Part shown: positions 58,604 through 64,000 of the stretch, piece by piece
How positions within the stretch are numbered: position 1 is the first letter of the stretch
Layout: every line of letters starts with the position of its first letter
Assembly: GCA_032117235.1 (NCBI GenBank)
Contig: JAULZW010000001.1
Location: 10,762 to 74,761, forward strand
Reading direction: 5' to 3'
DNA: 64,000 nt
From: Minisyncoccota bacterium
Lineage (GTDB): Bacteria; Patescibacteriota; Minisyncoccia; SW-4-49-11
Notes under the pieces: generated by a model
Database searches by the model: none
The model's input: the letters and a program-made list of their open reading frames with translations, nothing else
What the model was told of the DNA's origin: nothing
Made by a program: the position numbers and the translations under genes

Positions 58604-60133
58604 ATGTATATTTATCCTGATCCAAAGACTAAGAATAACACTCAAAGATTTTGGCAAAGATTTTTTGAAATTTTACCTGCTGTTTTAGCTTGGGGAACTT
58701 TTGTAACTTTGATTGGCTTGTCTTTTGTTTTGCCTTTTCAAGTAGCTTTATTTGTTTTGATATTTGATTTATACTGGCTATTTAAGGCTATATATTTGAG
58801 CGTACATCTAATAGTGGCTTATCGCCAAATGAAGAAGGATATTCAGATTAATTGGCTAGCTAAAGCTAAAGCTAAAGCTGAATTTGATAGTATTCATCAT
58901 GTCGTAATGTTTTTGACTTATGATGAGTCTCCAGAAGTTTTGGCTCAAAGTATTGAATCACTTGCTAAGACGGAATATCCCTTAGATAAAATAATTGTGG
59001 TAGTAGCTACTGAGGAAAGAGAAGGATCGGCTAGACAAGAAAAAGAAAAGTATTTAATTACAAAATTCAAAGGTGTTTTTAAAGATTTGATTGTTACCAC
59101 ACATCCAGATGGAATAGAGGGAGAAATGAAGGCTAAAGGAGCTAATGCTACATATGCCGCAAAGCAGGTGAAGGACTATTTAGAACAGAATAATATATTT
59201 TTAAATCAAACTATTATATCGGTTTTTGATAGTGATACTGTTAGCCATAAGAAATACTTTGCTGCTTTGACTTATGAATTTTTGACCGTAGATAATCCTC
59301 ATAAGCATAGTTATCAACCACTGCCAATGTACCATAATAATATTTGGGACGCCCCCGCTTTTACTAGAGTTGTAGCGATTAGCTCCAGCTTTTGGCATAT
59401 GATGGAATCTGTAAGATTTGACCGTATGGTTACTTTTTCTAGTCATTCAATGAGTTTCAAGACTTTGGTTGAAGTTAATTATTGGCCAATAAATATGGTA
59501 TCTGATGATTCTGTTATTTATTGGAAATGCGTAGATTACTATAATGGAGATTATAGCGTTATTCCAATTCATATTCCAGTTTCTCTAGATGCTGTACAAG
59601 CTCACAATCCAATTCAGGCTTTTAAAAATCAATACTTTCAAATGCGCAGATGGGCTTATGGGATAGAGAACTTAGCTACTACAATGCGTTCTTATGCTAT
59701 TAATTCTAAAGCTCCATTGGGGGACAGAATTCGTAGAATATGGAATATGATTGAAGGACACTATACTTGGGCAACTTCTGCCTTTATATTAGCTATATTT
59801 ATTTGGTTTCCAATTTGGTTTGGTGGTAGTTCCTTTAAATCTACAGTTTTTTCTAATAATTTACCTAGATATGCTAGTATTATTATGAATATTACTTTAT
59901 TAGGGCTAATAATTACAGCATATATTAATATTTTATTATTACCTCCAAGGCCAAAAAGATATTCTTATTGGCGTACAGCTATGATGTATTTACAGTGGAT
60001 ATTTATTCCAGTGGTGGCTTTAACACTTGGCGCATTACCGGCTTTAGAAGCTCAAACCAGATTGTTTCTAGGTAAATACTTGGGATTTTGGGTAACTCCA
60101 AAAGTACGCACTAATACTAATTCTAAAAAATAG
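58604..60133 (+). CDS. Family-2 glycosyltransferase, membrane-bound and of the processive synthase type. The start is taken at MYIYPDPKTK; the ORF track starts it earlier at 58532.
   Basis: DSDT motif ...VFDSDTV... and a QxxRW motif FQMRRWAYG, flanked by transmembrane helices. Confidence 0.7.
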   Translation: MYIYPDPKTKNNTQRFWQRFFEILPAVLAWGTFVTLIGLSFVLPFQVALFVLIFDLYWLFKAIYLSVHLIVAYRQMKKDIQINWLAKAKAKAEFDSIHHVVMFLTYDESPEVLAQSIESLAKTEYPLDKIIVVVATEEREGSARQEKEKYLITKFKGVFKDLIVTTHPDGIEGEMKAKGANATYAAKQVKDYLEQNNIFLNQTIISVFDSDTVSHKKYFAALTYEFLTVDNPHKHSYQPLPMYHNNIWDAPAFTRVVAISSSFWHMMESVRFDRMVTFSSHSMSFKTLVEVNYWPINMVSDDSVIYWKCVDYYNGDYSVIPIHIPVSLDAVQAHNPIQAFKNQYFQMRRWAYGIENLATTMRSYAINSKAPLGDRIRRIWNMIEGHYTWATSAFILAIFIWFPIWFGGSSFKSTVFSNNLPRYASIIMNITLLGLIITAYINILLLPPRPKRYSYWRTAMMYLQWIFIPVVALTLGALPALEAQTRLFLGKYLGFWVTPKVRTNTNSKK

Positions 60134-60136
60134 TCT

Positions 60137-62980
60137 ATGAATGAAATTCGTATTAAGGGAGCAAGAGTTCATAATTTAAAGAATATAGATATTACAATTC
60201 CAAGAGATAAGCTTGTAGTAATAACAGGTTTGTCTGGATCAGGTAAATCATCTTTAGCTTTTGATACTATTTATGCTGAGGGGCAGCGAAGATATGTAGA
60301 AAGTTTATCAGCTTATGCCAGGCAATTTTTGGGTATGATGGATAAACCAGATGTAGATGTTATTGAAGGTTTGTCGCCAGCCATTTCAATTGATCAAAAA
60401 AGCGTCTCTAGAAATCCAAGATCCACTGTAGGTACAGTGACTGAAATTTATGATTATCTTAGATTACTATATGCTAGGGTGGGTATCCCATTTAATCCAG
60501 ATACAGGAGAATTAATTAGAATGCAAGATGCTAAACAAATGGCAGATAATGTTTCTAGATTTAAGGATAAACAGATAATAATTTTAGCTCCAGTAATTAG
60601 GGATAAAAAGGGGGAACATAAAGGTATTTTGCAAAAGGCTTTTCAAGATGGTTTTATGAGAGTGAGAGTAGATGGAATTATTTATTTAACTGAAGAAGCT
60701 TTAGAAATTAATTTAGATAAACAAAAGAAACATTCCATTGAATTAGTTATAGATAGACTTTTAGAACCATCAGGATTTGAAAGCTCTAGAGTTCTTGACT
60801 CAGTAGAAATAGCTCTGAGATTGGGTGAAGGAATGCTTATAGTATCAGAAATTTTGGATAGAAATAAAAATATTTATCACGATGAATTAATGAGTGAGAA
60901 ATATATTATGGACTCTGGTGAGAGTTTTGGTGATTTAGAAACTAGAAATTTTTCATTCAATAGTCCCCATGGAGCCTGTAGTACTTGTGATGGTCTTGGA
61001 TATACTCCAGAAATTTCACCAGATTTAGTAATTCCCAATCCAAGATTAACCATTAATCAAGGAGCTATTAAACCTTGGGGCGTTGGGAAACAAAAAGGAG
61101 CTTTTGGATGGTATATGAAAGTCTTGGAAGTGGTGGCGGATATGAGAGGTGTTAGCTTGACAACCCCTGTGCAGGACCTCAAGGCAGAAGATTTAAATTT
61201 TGTTTTATATGGTTCTGAAACTATAATTAAAGTTCCTATTCATTCAGGTTCTCACACAGTAGAAGCTACTTATGAAGGAGTAATTCCTAACTTGTTAAGA
61301 AGATATCAGGAAACTGATTCGGAGTTTATTCGGGCTGAAATTGAGAAATATATGCTCAACACAATTTGCCCTACTTGTAACGGAAAGAGGTTAAAAAAAC
61401 AATTTCTAGCTGTACAAGTAGCCCACAAAACAATTGACCAGATTGTCAATATGAGTATTGATGAACTATCTGCTTATGTTTCCAAGGTGCAAAATAATAG
61501 AGAGTATTTCAATGAAAGAGATATTGCCATTAGCACTCCAATTTTTAAAGAAATTCAATCAAGATTAAAGTTTTTACTCAATGTTGGATTAGATTACCTC
61601 ACATTAGATAGAGCTAGTAATACATTATCTGGAGGAGAAGCTCAGCGAATTCGTCTAGCTACCCAGATTGGCTCGGGGCTAATGGGAGTTTTGTATATTC
61701 TAGATGAACCATCTATTGGACTACATCAGCGAGATAACAATCGTTTAATCCAAACCTTACAAAACTTGAGAGATTTAGGAAATACGGTTATTGTGGTAGA
61801 ACATGACGAGGATACTATTAGGGCTTCAGATTATGTAATTGATGTTGGACCAGGTGCTGGGGCAGCTGGGGGTAGAATTATTGCTCAAGGACATCCAGAA
61901 GATTTTATAAATCAAGAGGGGATAACAGCAGAATATCTATCGGGTAGACGAGTAATTGCTCCACCTAAAAAATATCGTAAAAATAATGGGCAAGCTATTA
62001 CTATCAAAGGTGCCGCTGAGAATAATCTTAAAAATATTGATGTTACAATTCCACTAGGACAAATGGTTTGTATAACTGGAGTTTCTGGATCTGGTAAAAG
62101 TACTTTGATACAAGATATTTTATATAAACATATTGCACATACTAGATATGGAGCTAAAGATTTACCAGGTAAATTTAAAGATATTACCGGTCTTGAGAAT
62201 ATAGATAAAATGGTAAATATTGACCAATCACCAATTGGTAGAACTCCAAGATCTAATCCAGCTACTTATACTGGATTATTCACGGTAGTCAGAGATTTGT
62301 TTGCTAAAACACCCGAGGCTCAACTGAAAGGTTATCAAACAGGTAGATTTAGTTTTAATGTTAAAGGAGGAAGATGTGAGACCTGTAAAGGAGATGGAGT
62401 ACTGAAAATAGAGATGAACTTTCTACCAGATATTTATGTAGACTGTGAAGATTGTCATGGTAAAAGATATAACAAAGAAGTGTTACAAATTCTATATAAA
62501 GATAAGAGTATAGCTGATGTTTTAGATATGGATGTAGAAACTGCCCTAGAGTTTTTCAAATCCATCCCAAGTCTAAAAGACAAATTAGCTACTCTGTATG
62601 ATGTAGGTTTAGGTTATATGAAATTAGGACAGCCAGCCCCACATTTGTCTGGAGGAGAAGCTCAAAGAATCAAGTTGGCTACCGAATTATCAAAACGAGC
62701 CACGGGACAAACTTTATATATACTAGACGAACCAACTACTGGGTTGCATTTTGAAGATGTCTCAAAACTATTAAGAGTATTGAATCAATTAGCAGATAAA
62801 GGAAACACTATTCTAATCATTGAACATAATTTAGATATTATTAAAAGTTCAGATTATATTATAGATATTGGTCCAGAAGGTGGTGCTAAAGGAGGAATTG
62901 TAGTTGCAGAAGGCACCCCAAAGGATATTGCTAAAAACTCAAAAAGTCATACAGGAAAATATCTAAAGCCACTTTTATAA
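60137..62980 (+). CDS. uvrA: Excinuclease ABC subunit A.
   Basis: 947 aa with two ABC ATPase modules ([14 protein letters not shown] and [11 protein letters not shown]) and zinc-finger Cys clusters. Confidence 0.95.
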   Translation: MNEIRIKGARVHNLKNIDITIPRDKLVVITGLSGSGKSSLAFDTIYAEGQRRYVESLSAYARQFLGMMDKPDVDVIEGLSPAISIDQKSVSRNPRSTVGTVTEIYDYLRLLYARVGIPFNPDTGELIRMQDAKQMADNVSRFKDKQIIILAPVIRDKKGEHKGILQKAFQDGFMRVRVDGIIYLTEEALEINLDKQKKHSIELVIDRLLEPSGFESSRVLDSVEIALRLGEGMLIVSEILDRNKNIYHDELMSEKYIMDSGESFGDLETRNFSFNSPHGACSTCDGLGYTPEISPDLVIPNPRLTINQGAIKPWGVGKQKGAFGWYMKVLEVVADMRGVSLTTPVQDLKAEDLNFVLYGSETIIKVPIHSGSHTVEATYEGVIPNLLRRYQETDSEFIRAEIEKYMLNTICPTCNGKRLKKQFLAVQVAHKTIDQIVNMSIDELSAYVSKVQNNREYFNERDIAISTPIFKEIQSRLKFLLNVGLDYLTLDRASNTLSGGEAQRIRLATQIGSGLMGVLYILDEPSIGLHQRDNNRLIQTLQNLRDLGNTVIVVEHDEDTIRASDYVIDVGPGAGAAGGRIIAQGHPEDFINQEGITAEYLSGRRVIAPPKKYRKNNGQAITIKGAAENNLKNIDVTIPLGQMVCITGVSGSGKSTLIQDILYKHIAHTRYGAKDLPGKFKDITGLENIDKMVNIDQSPIGRTPRSNPATYTGLFTVVRDLFAKTPEAQLKGYQTGRFSFNVKGGRCETCKGDGVLKIEMNFLPDIYVDCEDCHGKRYNKEVLQILYKDKSIADVLDMDVETALEFFKSIPSLKDKLATLYDVGLGYMKLGQPAPHLSGGEAQRIKLATELSKRATGQTLYILDEPTTGLHFEDVSKLLRVLNQLADKGNTILIIEHNLDIIKSSDYIIDIGPEGGAKGGIVVAEGTPKDIAKNSKSHTGKYLKPLL

Positions 62981-63016
62981 ATGTGATATAATAAAAATAA
63001 TTAAAATTTATTAGGT

Positions 63017-63904
63017 ATGCATCCATTACTTTATACCTTGGCCTATGCAAATTCTCAAAAGAGATTATTAACATTAGAGGAAATATATAGATACCAAATT
63101 GGAAGTAATTATTCAATATCAGAATTGGTCTTTGAAATAACAAAAATTCCTCAAATTAGAACAGAAAACGGGCTGTATGGATTAAATATAAACTTTGACG
63201 AATTATTAAATTTAAGACAAGAAAAAGGGCGAGAAAGCATTAGGCGTTATAGAAGAATTATTAAATATGCTAGATTATTAATTAGCATCCCCTATATTAA
63301 AGGGATATTCTTAGCTGGATCCTCTAGTTTTAGTACTGGAAATGCCAAAAAAAGTAGTGATATAGATATATTTATAGTAACCGATCCCAACCGAATGTGG
63401 TTTGCTAGGTTTTGGCTAACAATCATCACTCAGGTTTTAGGTATTAGACGATCAGGTGAATTAGAAGAAAATAGATTTTGTCTCAATCATTATATTACCT
63501 CCAATAATCTGGAGCGCTTAGATCGAACTTTATATGCAGCTCAATTATATTCAGATTATGTTGCTATAGGATCGGACTCAAGAGTCTTATTGCAAAAATT
63601 TTGGCAAGCTAATCCTTGGAGACAAGACTATCTAAAATACGCCATATCTAGAGAATATCCAGTTTTAAGCCAGCTTCAACCATATTTAATCAAGAGCTGG
63701 ACTGAAAAATTTTTCAATCATTTTTCAGTGTATTTTTGGAATTATATTGCCAAATTAATTCAAAGTCAAAAAATTAAATCTAATACAATTCAATCCAATT
63801 CACATAATAGAATACGAATAGATGATAGAGAATTAGAATTTCACCCCGAGCCAAATAGCATCAAATCCGAGACAAGAATGCAGGAAGTATTAAAAAATTT
63901 ATGA
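63017..63904 (+). CDS. Predicted nucleotidyltransferase-fold protein.
   Basis: ...GIFLAGSSSFSTGNAKKSSDIDIFIVTD... matches the GS-x9-13-DxD Pol-beta-like nucleotidyltransferase motif. Confidence 0.5.
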   Translation: MHPLLYTLAYANSQKRLLTLEEIYRYQIGSNYSISELVFEITKIPQIRTENGLYGLNINFDELLNLRQEKGRESIRRYRRIIKYARLLISIPYIKGIFLAGSSSFSTGNAKKSSDIDIFIVTDPNRMWFARFWLTIITQVLGIRRSGELEENRFCLNHYITSNNLERLDRTLYAAQLYSDYVAIGSDSRVLLQKFWQANPWRQDYLKYAISREYPVLSQLQPYLIKSWTEKFFNHFSVYFWNYIAKLIQSQKIKSNTIQSNSHNRIRIDDRELEFHPEPNSIKSETRMQEVLKNL

Positions 63905-64000
63905 TAGGGTTTTATGATAGTGGTATTGGGGGGCAGAGAATAGCCGATATGTTTGGTCAAATTTCTAATATTCCTTATATCTGCTATCAAGACAGAGAAT
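63901..64000 (+). CDS. murI: Partial glutamate racemase (N-terminus only; it continues beyond the window).
   Basis: MIGFYDSGIGGQRIADMFGQISNIPYICYQDRE matches the MurI N-terminal FDSGVGG motif. Its ATG overlaps the stop of the preceding gene. Confidence 0.65.
   Translation, partial: MIGFYDSGIGGQRIADMFGQISNIPYICYQDRE

Overview
The window is AT-rich, compact, gene-dense bacterial DNA. Gene content and organisation fit a small-genome, CPR/Patescibacteria-like organism. TGA acts as a stop codon (for example at the mutS/mutL ATGA overlap), so the standard code applies.

Recognisable housekeeping genes, in order:
- partial yvcK/CofD-like gene; O-antigen-ligase-like membrane protein; yraN; tRNA-Leu(TAA)
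- mutS-mutL; dnaJ; nrdR; an ABC ATPase; tRNA-Leu(TAG); an SLT-like transglycosylase
- rpsO-pnp; a type IV pilin
- infA-rpmJ-rpsM-rpsK-rpsD-rpoA-rplQ-rplM-rpsI ribosomal block
- rnhA; tRNA-Lys, tRNA-Tyr, tRNA-Thr
- a suf operon (sufB, sufD-like, sufS, sufU, sufC, sufT) interrupted by three ORFan genes
- zwf; ruvC-yebC; polA; efp; an FAD oxidoreductase; xseA; a GT2 glycosyltransferase; uvrA; a nucleotidyltransferase-like gene; the start of murI

The most interesting region is about 27.5-35.0 kb. It holds four ATP-grasp amidoligase genes, including a tandem pair and one fused to a RimB-like retropepsin protease domain. They sit with a DUF1704/QEGLA-like HExxH peptidase, a 7-TM membrane protein and an ORFan. 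Together these look like an expanded RimK-like peptide ligation and trimming system of unknown target.

Second, a family of GC-rich, palindrome-containing repeat elements with terminal inverted repeats occurs at five or more intergenic sites, two of them beside tRNAs. One copy shows hairpin-preserving substitutions. These are either a structured ncRNA family or MITE-like elements.

Other points worth a second look:
- an ORFan insertion inside the suf operon
- a Cys-rich surface-protein island driven by perfect consensus promoters
- a frameshifted VapC/PIN toxin with a candidate antitoxin
- a CIRCE-like operator upstream of dnaJ
- an inverted pair of perfect DnaA boxes
- a HEAT-like N-terminal extension on XseA, with no recognisable xseB
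- several in-frame coding tandem repeats

I found no CRISPR array, rRNA, transposase or integrase.
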